Shown: piece by piece, positions 9,545-19,433 of the stretch
Position numbering within the stretch: the first letter of the stretch is position 1
Layout of the letters: each line of letters begins with the position of its first letter
The notes under the pieces: model-generated
Told to the model about the DNA's origin: nothing
Seen by the model: only the letters and a program-made list of their open reading frames with translations
The model's database searches: none
Program-made: the position numbers and the translations under genes
Origin: Pseudomonadales bacterium
Lineage (GTDB): Bacteria > Pseudomonadota > Gammaproteobacteria > Pseudomonadales > Azotimanducaceae
Reading direction: 5' to 3'
NCBI GenBank assembly: GCA_965214305.1
Contig: OZ243949.1
Span: forward strand, 2,515,962-2,579,961
Length of the DNA: 64,000 nucleotides

Positions 9545-12500
9545 ATGAATCTAAGGCTGTTGAAGATGGGCGCTCTGGCGCTTGGGGCTTTATTCTTGGT
9601 TGCCTGCGGCGGCTCTTCGGACAATGCCTCGCCGGGCTCGGTGGTCGTCATACAAGAGGTGGAGCGGGAGCAGCCACCTGATCCACAACCAGATCCCGAA
9701 CCCCAGCAACAGCCACCGCCCGATGGCGCCACGACAGCGAGCGTTATCCCGGCAGGCCTGCGATCGATCATCGCTAATTCCGGTGAAACGGCGTCGATGG
9801 CGTTTGACAACAAGCCGATTTACATCATTGATGTAACCGCGCTAACGGATGGACAACTTGATCCGACCGGTCTGCTGCTTGGCAATGATTTTATTTTCCA
9901 GATTGCCGGCGGCGCACTGCGGGTTACGCCGCCGGACAGTGGTGGCTGCGCATTGAACATGACCCCCGGGTCGGTTTTGGTTGGCGGAAGTTCGGAAGAT
10001 TTTCTCGTGATAGAACGCGGCTGCATGTTGATGGCCGATGGTTCCGATGACGATGGCAACTTGGATCAACCGATCGTTTTCACCGCCCGCAAGGAAGTGG
10101 ATGGCGATGTGGAAGACGGCGAACGCGGCCTTTGGGGGGGGCTGGTCATCAATGGCAATGCGCCGATCAACGATTGCTCGCAAGGCGCCGAGGGCGGTAC
10201 CGATGAGTGTACCAAGGAAGGCGAAGCCAACTCGGGCCTGTTTGGGGGTTCCGACCCGGAGGACAATTCCGGCGTGTTGAAATACGTCAGCGTTAGGTTT
10301 GCGGGATCCAATGTCGATCCCGAGAATCAACTCAACGGTATCGCCTTCCAGGCAGTGGGCGACGGCACGGAAGTTGACTTCGTTCAAGTACACAACAACT
10401 TGGACGACGGCATAGAATTTTTCGGCGGCACCGTAAACGCCAAGCATGTGGTGCTAACCGGTAATGCCGACGACTCGCTTGACTGGACGGACGGCTGGAC
10501 AGGCCGCATTCAATATCTCTATATCGAACAAACCGGCTCGGCGGACAACGCTATCGAAGCCGACAACCGCGAAGGCGACGAAGGTGCCACCCCGCGGTCG
10601 AATCCGACCATCGCCAACATGTCGGTGTATGGCAATCCGGACGAAAATGCCCTGCGCCTGCGGCGGGGTACGGGTCTGGCACTGCGTAACAGCTTTGTGG
10701 GCGGTTCCGCCACCTGTATCCGCGTTGATGGCACCAGTCGCGACCTGTTGGGAACCGACCTGACCATTGAGGGCGTTAGTTTTGCCTGTGCCGAAACACA
10801 CGGCAGGGACAGCGACGGTGCGGTATCCGCTTATTTGGGGGGTGCCACCAATGTATCTCGGAACGGCGATGCGGTAGATCCCGTGAGCGTCCGCGACACT
10901 TTTTTCGACAGAGCTGATTTCATTGGTGCTTTCGGCGCGGAAAACTGGGCGGCGGGATGGACTTACGCGGGATCGGTGAGCAACGCGATGCCGCCTGACT
11001 TTGGTTGTCCGGAAGGCACGACGGAAGTTGCCGCGGTCGGCGGTCGGCGCACCTGCCAGCTGTCTGGGGTGCTTGCCGGCGACTTGACGCTGACCCGCTC
11101 CAACCACTACATCCTGGACGGCAAGGTCACCGTTGGCGGCGACAATGTGGATTCGGCCGTGCTGACCATTGAGTCCGGCACCACGATCATTGGCGATGAC
11201 GCGGAGGACTTTCTGGTCGTTTCCCGCGGATCGCGCATCGAGGCGAACGGCACCCGCGCCGCGCCGGTCACCATGACCGCGGTGGGCGACGTGACCGGCG
11301 CCCTTGCGAACCCGGTCGGGGCGCGCGGCCTCTGGGGAGGGCTGGTCATCAATGGCAATGCGCCGATCAACGATTGCTCGCAGGGCGCCGAGGGCGGGAC
11401 GGCGAACTGCACCAAGGAGGGCGAGGCCAACTCCGGCTTGTTCGGGGGTGCTGATCCGAACGACTCGAGCGGCACGCTGCGCTATGTGGTCGTCAAGCAC
11501 GCGGGTTCGAATGTTGATCCGGAGAATCAGTTGAACGGCATTGCGTTCCAGGGCGTGGGCGACGGCACGGAAGTTGATTTCGTTCAAGTACACAACAACT
11601 TGGACGACGGCATAGAATTTTTCGGCGGCACCGTGAACGCCGGGCATGTGGTGCTAACCGGCAATGCGGACGACAGCCTCGACTGGACCGACGGCTGGGT
11701 GGGCAGCATCCAATACCTGATAATCGACCAGGCCGACGACAGTGGCGACAGCGGTATTGAGGCGGACAATCGCGAAGGCGACGAGAACGCCAGGCCCCGT
11801 TCGCTGCCGCGTATCGCCAATATGACCATAACCGGCAATCCGACCGAGCGTGCCATTCGCCTGCGCCGGGGCACGGGCTTGCAACTCTACAATAGTGTTG
11901 TGCGAGGCAGCGAAAACTGCCTGCGTGTCCAGGGCGCATCCCTTCAGCAACTCGGCACCGGCATTACTTTTGACGGCGTCAGCTTTGCTTGCGGCACGGT
12001 CGTGGAAGGCGACGATGTTGCGGCTATCCAAGCCGAACTGGATGGCAGCAAGGTTTCGACCACCGGGCAGTCTGTGGACGCGGCGGACCTCTCGGGCGAT
12101 AGCTTCTTTGATGCGACCGATTTTATTGGCGCCGTCAAGAGCGCGGACGAGGATTGGACACTCGGTTGGGCGGTTGGCATGCCTCGGTCCACAACCGACT
12201 TTGGTTGTCCGGAAGGCACGACGGAAGTTGCCGCGGTCGGCGGTCGGCGCACCTGCCAGCTGTCTGGGGTGCTTGCCGGCGACTTGACGCTGACCCGCTC
12301 CAACCACTACATCCTGGACGGCAAGGTCACCGTTGGCGGCGACAATGTGGATTCGGCCGTGCTGACCATTGAGTCCGGCACCACGATCATTGGCGATGAC
12401 GCGGAGGACTTTCTGGTCGTTTCCCGCGGATCGCGCATCGAGGCGAACGGCACCCGCGCCGCGCCGGTCACCATGACCGCGGTGGGCGACGTGACCGGCG

Positions 12501-13399
12501 CCCTTGCGAACCCGGTCGGGGCGCGCGGCCTCTGGGGAGGGCTGGTCATCAATGGCAATGCGCCGATCAACGATTGCTCGCAGGGCGCCGAGGGCGGGAC
12601 GGCGAACTGCACCAAGGAGGGCGAGGCCAACTCCGGCTTGTTCGGGGGTGCTGATCCGAACGACTCGAGCGGCACGCTGCGCTATGTGGTCGTCAAGCAC
12701 GCGGGTTCGAATGTTGATCCGGAGAATCAGTTGAACGGCATTGCGTTCCAGGGCGTGGGCGACGGCACGGAAGTTGATTTCGTTCAAGTACACAACAACT
12801 TGGACGACGGCATAGAATTTTTCGGCGGCACCGTGAACGCCGGGCATGTGGTGCTAACCGGCAATGCGGACGACAGCCTCGACTGGACCGACGGCTGGGT
12901 GGGCAGCATCCAATACCTGCATATAGAGCAACCGGAAGCGGCGGGTGGCGCTGATAACATGATCGAGGCGGACAACCGCGAGGGCGATGAGCAGGCCACA
13001 CCGATCTCGGAACCCCATATCGCCAATATGACCATGATCGGGCATCCTGGCGAACGTGCGATTCGTTTGCGCCGGGGCACTGGCTTGCACCTGTACAACT
13101 CGGAAGTTTCCGGCTCCGCCACTTGCCTGCGCATACAAGGCGAGTCGTTGAATCTGCTGGGTACGCGCATTCGGTTTTCCGGGGTGAGGTTGGCTTGCGA
13201 AACCGTGAACGAAGGCGATGACGAGATGGCTGTACAGGCATTTCTCGACGGCTCCACCAACCTAACTCAGGATGGCTCCAGGCCGAACCCGGTATCGCTG
13301 CCAAGGGCGCATTTCGATGATGCCGCGGGTAGCTCAATCATCGGTTCGAATATTGCCAATTGGGGCTCCGGCTGGACGGTTGGGCTGAGCAACCAATAA
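9545..13399 (+). CDS. Large lipoprotein with three tandem 400-aa repeats (predicted beta-helix-like; function unknown)
   Basis: 1284 aa. The signal peptide with lipobox is LFLVAC|GG. The block GLWGGLVINGNAPINDCSQGAEGGT...NGIAFQ.VGDGTEVDFVQVHNNLDDGIEFFGGTVNA..VVLTGNADDSLDWTDGW occurs three times. Confidence 0.85.
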   Translation: MNLRLLKMGALALGALFLVACGGSSDNASPGSVVVIQEVEREQPPDPQPDPEPQQQPPPDGATTASVIPAGLRSIIANSGETASMAFDNKPIYIIDVTALTDGQLDPTGLLLGNDFIFQIAGGALRVTPPDSGGCALNMTPGSVLVGGSSEDFLVIERGCMLMADGSDDDGNLDQPIVFTARKEVDGDVEDGERGLWGGLVINGNAPINDCSQGAEGGTDECTKEGEANSGLFGGSDPEDNSGVLKYVSVRFAGSNVDPENQLNGIAFQAVGDGTEVDFVQVHNNLDDGIEFFGGTVNAKHVVLTGNADDSLDWTDGWTGRIQYLYIEQTGSADNAIEADNREGDEGATPRSNPTIANMSVYGNPDENALRLRRGTGLALRNSFVGGSATCIRVDGTSRDLLGTDLTIEGVSFACAETHGRDSDGAVSAYLGGATNVSRNGDAVDPVSVRDTFFDRADFIGAFGAENWAAGWTYAGSVSNAMPPDFGCPEGTTEVAAVGGRRTCQLSGVLAGDLTLTRSNHYILDGKVTVGGDNVDSAVLTIESGTTIIGDDAEDFLVVSRGSRIEANGTRAAPVTMTAVGDVTGALANPVGARGLWGGLVINGNAPINDCSQGAEGGTANCTKEGEANSGLFGGADPNDSSGTLRYVVVKHAGSNVDPENQLNGIAFQGVGDGTEVDFVQVHNNLDDGIEFFGGTVNAGHVVLTGNADDSLDWTDGWVGSIQYLIIDQADDSGDSGIEADNREGDENARPRSLPRIANMTITGNPTERAIRLRRGTGLQLYNSVVRGSENCLRVQGASLQQLGTGITFDGVSFACGTVVEGDDVAAIQAELDGSKVSTTGQSVDAADLSGDSFFDATDFIGAVKSADEDWTLGWAVGMPRSTTDFGCPEGTTEVAAVGGRRTCQLSGVLAGDLTLTRSNHYILDGKVTVGGDNVDSAVLTIESGTTIIGDDAEDFLVVSRGSRIEANGTRAAPVTMTAVGDVTGALANPVGARGLWGGLVINGNAPINDCSQGAEGGTANCTKEGEANSGLFGGADPNDSSGTLRYVVVKHAGSNVDPENQLNGIAFQGVGDGTEVDFVQVHNNLDDGIEFFGGTVNAGHVVLTGNADDSLDWTDGWVGSIQYLHIEQPEAAGGADNMIEADNREGDEQATPISEPHIANMTMIGHPGERAIRLRRGTGLHLYNSEVSGSATCLRIQGESLNLLGTRIRFSGVRLACETVNEGDDEMAVQAFLDGSTNLTQDGSRPNPVSLPRAHFDDAAGSSIIGSNIANWGSGWTVGLSNQ
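10996..11719. repeat. 724-bp segment identical to 12196-12919 (repeat unit 2)
   Basis: Line-by-line comparison at an offset of exactly 1200 nt found no mismatches. Confidence 0.9.
12196..12919. repeat. 724-bp segment identical to 10996-11719 (repeat unit 3)
   Basis: Same comparison as for 10996-11719. Unit 1 (around 9796-10995) is diverged but contains identical 40-70 nt blocks at the same 1200-nt period, for example 10141 versus 11341. Confidence 0.9.
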
Positions 13400-13477
13400 C
13401 AGCGTATGGGCATCGCCGGGCTCGCCTTGCGAGCCGGCGATGTTCGCGTTCAAGGTCGGATTTTTTGGTGTGAGCAT

Positions 13478-16156
13478 ATGAATCGAAATATCACAAGCAT
13501 TCCGACGGCGCTGGCGTTGGCAATTCTGATGGCTGGCAATGCGGTTGGCGAGGCGGTGCAGCCCGAGGCATCGCCGGATGCCACCGTTGCCCCATCTGCT
13601 CAGCCGATTGAGGAAATGGTCGTGCTTGGCCAGTTCATTCCGGACGAAAAACGTACCACCTCCGAAGTATCCAACGTGCTTGATTCCGAGGCGCTTTCGC
13701 TGCTTGCCGATACCAGTGTGGGCGATGCCCTGCTCAGGGTAACGGGTTTGAGTTTGGTCGGCGGCAAATACGTTTATGTGCGGGGATTGGGTGAGCGATA
13801 TTCCTCCACGTTGCTGAACGGGGCGCGGATTTCCTCGCCGGTGCCCTTCCAGAAAACCGTGCCTTTGGACATCGTGCCCAACAGCATCGTACGCAACCTC
13901 TTGGTGCAGAAAACGTTCTCGCCGGACTATCCCGGTGACTTCAGCGGCGGTGTGGTGATGATCCGCACCAGGGCCACCCCGGAGGAAAACTATATTTCGG
14001 CGAAAGTGCAAATTGGCGGAGATTCGCAGACAACCGGCGGCGACGGCCTTTCCTATCATGGCGGTGGCGATGACAACTACGGGTTCGATGACGGCACACG
14101 CAACATTCCCGACAACATCAAGCTCATCTCCAGCGAGGCGTTCGAGGACACCCCCTGGCCGCAGAGTGCCGCTTTGGGGGCAAGCTTCTTCAATTTTTGG
14201 CACATACGCGAAAAGGACAGACTGAAGCCCAACTACACCGGCGACGGGGAATTGGGTTACCGATACGATTTCAACAACGGTATGTCGGTTGGCTTGCTCG
14301 CCGCGGGCAAATACAGCAACGATTACAACAATCGAGACAAGGATTACCGACGCTACGAGTTCACCGGCGTCGACGGGGGCAGCACCCAGACCGTCGATTA
14401 TCGGCAATTCACAACCCGGCAAACCATCAATTGGAGTGGTTTCTTGAACCTTGGCGTCGAGTTCAACAACGACCACTCAATCCAGCTTTCCCAAGTGTTA
14501 TTGCGTCAAACCGACGACGAAATTCAGCAGTTTCGGGGCTTTTCCAGCGAGGACGATGTCAGCTCCGGCACACGGGTTGTCAGCTACCGCCTGCAATGGA
14601 CGGAAAATTACATTCGGTCCACACAACTCAAGGGCGAGCACTATTTCAATATCGGTGGCTTCGACCAGCTGTCCATCAATTGGCGTGCCATTGATGGCGG
14701 CGCCACCCGAGACTCTCCCGACACGCGCACCTACACCTACGCGGACAACGCCGATGGATTAGAGGAAATTGTTACCTCCAACCGCCAAGCCGCGGGAGAT
14801 TTGCGCGATGTCTTCCAAGCGCCCGACCGGGTATTTTCGAAGCTTCGGGATGATATCGAGGAATTCGGTGCCGACCTGAAGCTGCCCTTGTTGCTCGGCG
14901 GTGTTGAAGTGGATATCAAGGCGGGCTGGTCCGACTACCGGCGCGAGCGCGCCAGCCGCGACCGATTCTTTCGTTTCGACCTAACACCGTCCGCACCCGA
15001 CTACATTGCCTTGATGACACCGCAGCAACTCTTCGGATTGGATAATTGGGGGTCCGGTTATCTGGATGTCAGGGATTTCACCGCGGGCGCGGCCAATGCC
15101 AGTGGCATCTTCCCCTTTGCCAGCTCCGGCGAGGACACGGTGTCGTTCTATGGCGGTTTCGACGCCCAGCTTAGGCCGCGCGTCCGCGTCGCCGCCGGTG
15201 TGCGCTTTGAGGATACAACCCTCTTCGCGGACGCATTTGGCGGTAATACGGAGGCGGGCAGCAGCAACGCCGTCGAACAGGATTACAAAGACACCTTGCC
15301 CGCCGCTTCGCTTACCTTTGAGTTTGCCAACAATATGCAGCTTCGGCTCGCCTATTCAAAAACGGTCAACCGTCCGAGCCTGTTGGAGATTACAGGCACC
15401 ACCATCCGCAATCCGGAAGATTCCAACCTGTATCGGGGTAACGTATTCCTGCAGCCGGCAGACCTTGACAATTTCGATGCCCGCTTTGAATGGTATTTCG
15501 GTGCCGCCGACAGCCTCTCCCTGGGCGCGTTCCGAAAGGACTTCGACAATCCCATCGAGATCGGCAAGGTGCAGGCACAGAACGACATCTACACCTGGTT
15601 CAACGGGGAAGAGGCAACGCTTGAGGGCATCGAATTGGAGTTGCGTAAAGACCTGCCCCTCAGCGATTGGTTCGGCTTGGGCGAGGCCTGGAATTATTTC
15701 ACGTTGAATGCCAACTTCTCGCTGATTGACTCCGAGGTGACGCTGTTCGGTGAGGGCGAGACGCCGAGCGATGTGCCGGTAACCGGTTCACGGCAGATTG
15801 CGCGCCTGTATGAGAACGAGCGGGAAATCAGCGGCCAGTCCGACATACTGGGCAACCTTATCCTCACCTACACGAACTATGACGCCGGTATTGAGGGCTC
15901 GCTGGCATACAATTACACGGGCGAGCGCATCATTTTGGTGGGTGCCGAGAATGCCCCCAACATCGTAGAAGAGGCCCGAGGCCAACTCGACTTGCTGCTC
16001 CGTTATAGCTTCTTCCTGTTTGACAACGATCTGGAATTGGAACTCAAAGTGAAAAATCTGTTCGATAATCAGGTGGAATGGACCCAGGGCGACTTGCTCT
16101 ACGAGCGCTACGACCCCGGTGTGAGCTACAGCTTGGGGCTTAGAGCAAGTATCTGA
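13478..16156 (+). CDS. TonB-dependent receptor
   Basis: The signal peptide is MNRNITSIPTALALAILMAGNAVG. The plug motifs are VLGQF...VTGLSLVGGKYVYVRGLGERYSSTLLNG. The rest is a long beta-barrel with an aromatic-rich C-terminus. The start is trimmed from 13406. Confidence 0.9.
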   Translation: MNRNITSIPTALALAILMAGNAVGEAVQPEASPDATVAPSAQPIEEMVVLGQFIPDEKRTTSEVSNVLDSEALSLLADTSVGDALLRVTGLSLVGGKYVYVRGLGERYSSTLLNGARISSPVPFQKTVPLDIVPNSIVRNLLVQKTFSPDYPGDFSGGVVMIRTRATPEENYISAKVQIGGDSQTTGGDGLSYHGGGDDNYGFDDGTRNIPDNIKLISSEAFEDTPWPQSAALGASFFNFWHIREKDRLKPNYTGDGELGYRYDFNNGMSVGLLAAGKYSNDYNNRDKDYRRYEFTGVDGGSTQTVDYRQFTTRQTINWSGFLNLGVEFNNDHSIQLSQVLLRQTDDEIQQFRGFSSEDDVSSGTRVVSYRLQWTENYIRSTQLKGEHYFNIGGFDQLSINWRAIDGGATRDSPDTRTYTYADNADGLEEIVTSNRQAAGDLRDVFQAPDRVFSKLRDDIEEFGADLKLPLLLGGVEVDIKAGWSDYRRERASRDRFFRFDLTPSAPDYIALMTPQQLFGLDNWGSGYLDVRDFTAGAANASGIFPFASSGEDTVSFYGGFDAQLRPRVRVAAGVRFEDTTLFADAFGGNTEAGSSNAVEQDYKDTLPAASLTFEFANNMQLRLAYSKTVNRPSLLEITGTTIRNPEDSNLYRGNVFLQPADLDNFDARFEWYFGAADSLSLGAFRKDFDNPIEIGKVQAQNDIYTWFNGEEATLEGIELELRKDLPLSDWFGLGEAWNYFTLNANFSLIDSEVTLFGEGETPSDVPVTGSRQIARLYENEREISGQSDILGNLILTYTNYDAGIEGSLAYNYTGERIILVGAENAPNIVEEARGQLDLLLRYSFFLFDNDLELELKVKNLFDNQVEWTQGDLLYERYDPGVSYSLGLRASI

Positions 16157-16215
16157 AGTGCTTTCCAGTCTCTCGAAAGTGGTTCAAAATCCATGTTTTC
16201 AGCTAACCCGATTGC

Positions 16216-16289
16216 CTAGGCGCCTCTGCCTTCGGAATTCGCGAGAGCGGATTTTCAGCCGCGAATTCCGAAGGCAGAGGCGCTTAGGG
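16216..16289. repeat. REP-B short hairpin (two 28-nt arms), possible terminator for the receptor gene
   Basis: CTAGGCGCCTCTGCCTTCGGAATTCGCG, a loop, then CGCGAATTCCGAAGGCAGAGGCGCTTAGG. Confidence 0.8.
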
Positions 16290-16336
16290 CACGGGCTCTT
16301 GGATAACCGCTGATTGAGAAGGAGCTAAAGCACAGC

Positions 16337-17251
16337 ATGGAACTATCCGTCGAGTTTCCCAGCATCGCCTATCGGGAAGGTCCCGAGGCAATGGTCCGCC
16401 TAGCCCAGGCCATCGAACGCATCGGCTTTTATCAACTGGATATTTTTGACCATGTTGTGATGGGCTATCCGGCTTCCGGGCGACCCGCCCCCGTCTATCC
16501 TCCGCGCATGCCGATCATGGAGGCGCTGGCCACTTTGGCCTACATTGCCGCCGTGACCGAGCGCATCGGCCTCGGCACCGAGGTGCTGGTATTGCCGCAA
16601 CGACAGCCGCTGTTGGTGGCCAAGCAAGTGAGCACCATCGATACGCTTTCCGGCGGCCGCATGAGGCTTGGCGTGGGCGTTGGCTGGCAAGAGTCGGAAT
16701 ACGATGCGTTGCAGGAGCAATTCAGCAATCGCGGACGCCGTATGGACGAAGCGATCGCGCTTATTCGCGCCTGTTGGAGCGAACAACAAATCGACTTTGA
16801 AGGCGAGTTCTACAGTACCACCGCCATGGCCATGGAGCCGAAACCGCCACAGGGCGCCAATCTGCCCATTTGGGTGGGGGGCGGTTCCGCCAAGGCGCTT
16901 GAGCGCGTCGGCCGGATGGCCGACGGCTGGCTTGCTCCGGCTATTGAGGATGCGGGCCAAGTCGCAAAAATGGTGCAGTCCATCCACGATCACGCCGAGG
17001 CCGCTGGCCGCGCCCCGGACGCCATCGGCATGCAGATGATGCTCGACCCGCCACCCCGCGACGAGGCGGGCAAGGGCTTCTACGCGGACCGGGATGCCGT
17101 GCGTCGGCGCGTGGTCGATGTTGCCGAAATGGGATTCGAGTGCGGCGCGATCAACGCCACCGCAATTTTTCAGGCGGGCTTTCGCAGTGTTGATGCCATG
17201 GCCGACAAACTCGAAGAGTTGTTCATTAACGTCCGCGATGAGGTTGGCTAG
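16337..17251 (+). CDS. Luciferase-like (LLM class) flavin/F420-dependent oxidoreductase
   Basis: 304 aa. The pattern IGFYQLDIFDHVV...GGRMRLGVGVGWQESEY...LPIWVGG is typical of the LLM family. Confidence 0.75.
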   Translation: MELSVEFPSIAYREGPEAMVRLAQAIERIGFYQLDIFDHVVMGYPASGRPAPVYPPRMPIMEALATLAYIAAVTERIGLGTEVLVLPQRQPLLVAKQVSTIDTLSGGRMRLGVGVGWQESEYDALQEQFSNRGRRMDEAIALIRACWSEQQIDFEGEFYSTTAMAMEPKPPQGANLPIWVGGGSAKALERVGRMADGWLAPAIEDAGQVAKMVQSIHDHAEAAGRAPDAIGMQMMLDPPPRDEAGKGFYADRDAVRRRVVDVAEMGFECGAINATAIFQAGFRSVDAMADKLEELFINVRDEVG

Positions 17252-17391
17252 CAGCCTCTGCCCATCCCGGCACACAACCAAGCTGGTTGCATAGGCGGGT
17301 GATGGCTTGATTTGAAATTCCTCATTGCCGAACAAACTGATATAGGCCCGAATTTCGCGCACAGGCGGAACTTATGGGTTAAATTGCCGTT

Positions 17392-18519
17392 ATGGAGGAT
17401 TTCGAAACGATCCGTCCGTATCGCGATGACGAGGTTCCGGCGGTTGTCGCTCGATTGATTGAGGATCCGGACCTCTGCCACGCGGCGGCACTTTTCTTGC
17501 TACCGCGGCTGACCAACGGCTTCCCGGGTCTCGGCCATGTGCTCGCGGCGCGCTACCTCAAGCGCCGGGCGGCGCATCTCGAAACGGTGCGCGATGTCCA
17601 AGCGCTGGCTTCCCGCTATATGGATTCGATTATTGCGAAATCCATCCTCGACTTCAGGGTGGAGGGCTTGGAGCACCTTGTGCCCGGCCAGGCCTACCTG
17701 TTCATCTCCACCCACCGCGACATCGTGATGGATTCCGGGTTGATGAACTACGCTATCTATCGCGCTGGCCATCAGACGTCGCGCATCGCCGTGGGCGACA
17801 ATCTGTTCAGCAAGCCTTATGCGGCGGATCTCATGCGGCTGAACAAAAGCTTTGTGGTGGAACGCAGCGCAACGGGTAACAAGACCGTTTACAAGGCGTT
17901 GCGGCGAACATCGGCTTTTATTCGGGCTTCCCTACAGGAACAAGGCGAATCGATTTGGATTGCCCAGCGCGAGGGGCGCGCCAAGAACGGCCTTGATCGT
18001 ACCGCGCCCGCGCTGATCAAAATGTTGGCGTTGGCGTATAACGGAGAGTTGGCGCAAATTGGCGATCTCTGCGAGCGGGTGCGCATCGTGCCGGTGGCGG
18101 TTACCTACGAAATCGATCCTTGTGCGCTCCGCAAAGCCTACGAACTCTACATAACCGATCGGGAGGGTCAGTACCGTAAACCGGCGGGTGAGGATTTGGC
18201 CAGCATGGTGGAGGGCATGTTTGGCTTCAAGGGGCGCGTCCATCTGCATTTCGGGGAGCGCATTCGGGGTGAATTTACGGATGCGGAAGCCTTGGCTTGC
18301 GAATTGGATCGGCGTGTTACCGCCGGGCTCAAGGTATTTCCCACCCATTTGGAAGCCGCTCGGCGGGTCGGGCTCGGGTGTTTGCCGGAAGCGGTGCCGG
18401 AAGAGGCCCGCATCACTGCCGTATTTGGCGAGCAGATTGACCAGTGCCCGGCCGAACAACGGCGCTTTCTCTTCAATCAGTACGCCAATCTTGTGCGTAA
18501 CAAGCAGCAACTCATCTAG
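17392..18519 (+). CDS. Glycerolipid acyltransferase family protein (PlsC-like)
   Basis: 375 aa. It has the HX4D motif STHRDIVMD and a conserved IWIAQREGRAKNG block. Confidence 0.7.
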   Translation: MEDFETIRPYRDDEVPAVVARLIEDPDLCHAAALFLLPRLTNGFPGLGHVLAARYLKRRAAHLETVRDVQALASRYMDSIIAKSILDFRVEGLEHLVPGQAYLFISTHRDIVMDSGLMNYAIYRAGHQTSRIAVGDNLFSKPYAADLMRLNKSFVVERSATGNKTVYKALRRTSAFIRASLQEQGESIWIAQREGRAKNGLDRTAPALIKMLALAYNGELAQIGDLCERVRIVPVAVTYEIDPCALRKAYELYITDREGQYRKPAGEDLASMVEGMFGFKGRVHLHFGERIRGEFTDAEALACELDRRVTAGLKVFPTHLEAARRVGLGCLPEAVPEEARITAVFGEQIDQCPAEQRRFLFNQYANLVRNKQQLI

Positions 18520-18724
18520 GAACCTGCGCCGTAGCAATTCGCGGCCGCAAAGCCGCTCTCGCCCATAAGCGCTACTTGCCGCAGTTCGTTGTAGCCGTGG
18601 GAGTCAGGAACATAATTCCCTGTTTGAGAGGGGAGGGAGGGTGGAACGAGTTGAAAAAACCGCAAGATCAGCCCCGCAGCCCCGCTCTTTCTGGCGGAGC
18701 CGGGGCTGTTCCCGAGCATCGGGC

Positions 18725-19345
18725 TCAGCTTCTGAGCGCCGCTGGCACAGTCCAATCCCGGGGCATTCTGCTGAAATCGAAGAAGGGTTCCGTGTCGCCT
18801 TGGGTAATGGCGTCTTGCACCTGCCGATAGAACTCGCCGCCAGCTTTGTTTGAGAATGTAATCCGTACCTGGTCGGCATCCGCTCCGATTGATGGCCGTT
18901 GGCAGTATTCCGGGAAGGTCGCCTCACCCGCGTGACCCGACGCATAGCCTTTGGCGAAGACCTGTTTGAGAATCCCGAAGCCGTCGTCCTGCACGAGCAC
19001 CTCGCCACGCGAATGGCCACCCATGGATTGCATGTGGCGCACGAACTCCTCCAGGTTGTAACAATCGTAGGCGACATGCTGGCAGGCATGGTCCCCGTGC
19101 TTCTCGACGAAGGTTGTCACCTGCGATTTCTCGGCCCGGTCAATGCCCTCGATCAGGGCTATCCCGAAACTCCCGTAGTCGATGCACCAGATCTTCATGC
19201 TGCTGTTCGGGTCGCCGGGGCGGGCATCGTCAATGCGCTTGATTAGCGTGCCGCCCTCGACCTCGATGTGAAACCAGGCCCACTTCTCGATGTTGCCGGA
19301 GGCGACAGCGTAAGAAATATGATCGACTTTCTTCAGATGCGGCAT
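18725..19345 (-). CDS. VOC/glyoxalase-fold protein, 4-hydroxyphenylpyruvate-dioxygenase-like
   Basis: 206 aa. VDHISYAV...TTFVEKHGDHACQHVAY...GILKQVFAKG resembles the VOC/HPPD C-terminal domain. It is divergent from an Lrp regulator. Confidence 0.65.
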   Translation of the reverse strand: MPHLKKVDHISYAVASGNIEKWAWFHIEVEGGTLIKRIDDARPGDPNSSMKIWCIDYGSFGIALIEGIDRAEKSQVTTFVEKHGDHACQHVAYDCYNLEEFVRHMQSMGGHSRGEVLVQDDGFGILKQVFAKGYASGHAGEATFPEYCQRPSIGADADQVRITFSNKAGGEFYRQVQDAITQGDTEPFFDFSRMPRDWTVPAALRS

Positions 19346-19433
19346 CGCAACCCCCCATTAGCAGTGGCATTGGTGTCAGTTTAGGAGATTGGGTGTGTCG
19401 GATTCTTGAAATATTCCTTGCTGTGGGCTATGA

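Noticed and set aside
10134-10141. G8 run inside lipoprotein repeat unit 1 as a second phase-variation site
   Set aside because: The run is short and lies in the middle of a conserved GLWGG codon context. The equivalent positions in units 2 and 3 read GGGGAGGG. There is no evidence of frame disruption.
10454-12847. Two near-identical 397-aa minus-strand ORFs (10454..11647 and 11654..12847)
   Set aside because: They are antisense shadows of the 1200-bp repeat units of the plus-strand lipoprotein gene. Their duplication merely reflects that repeat.
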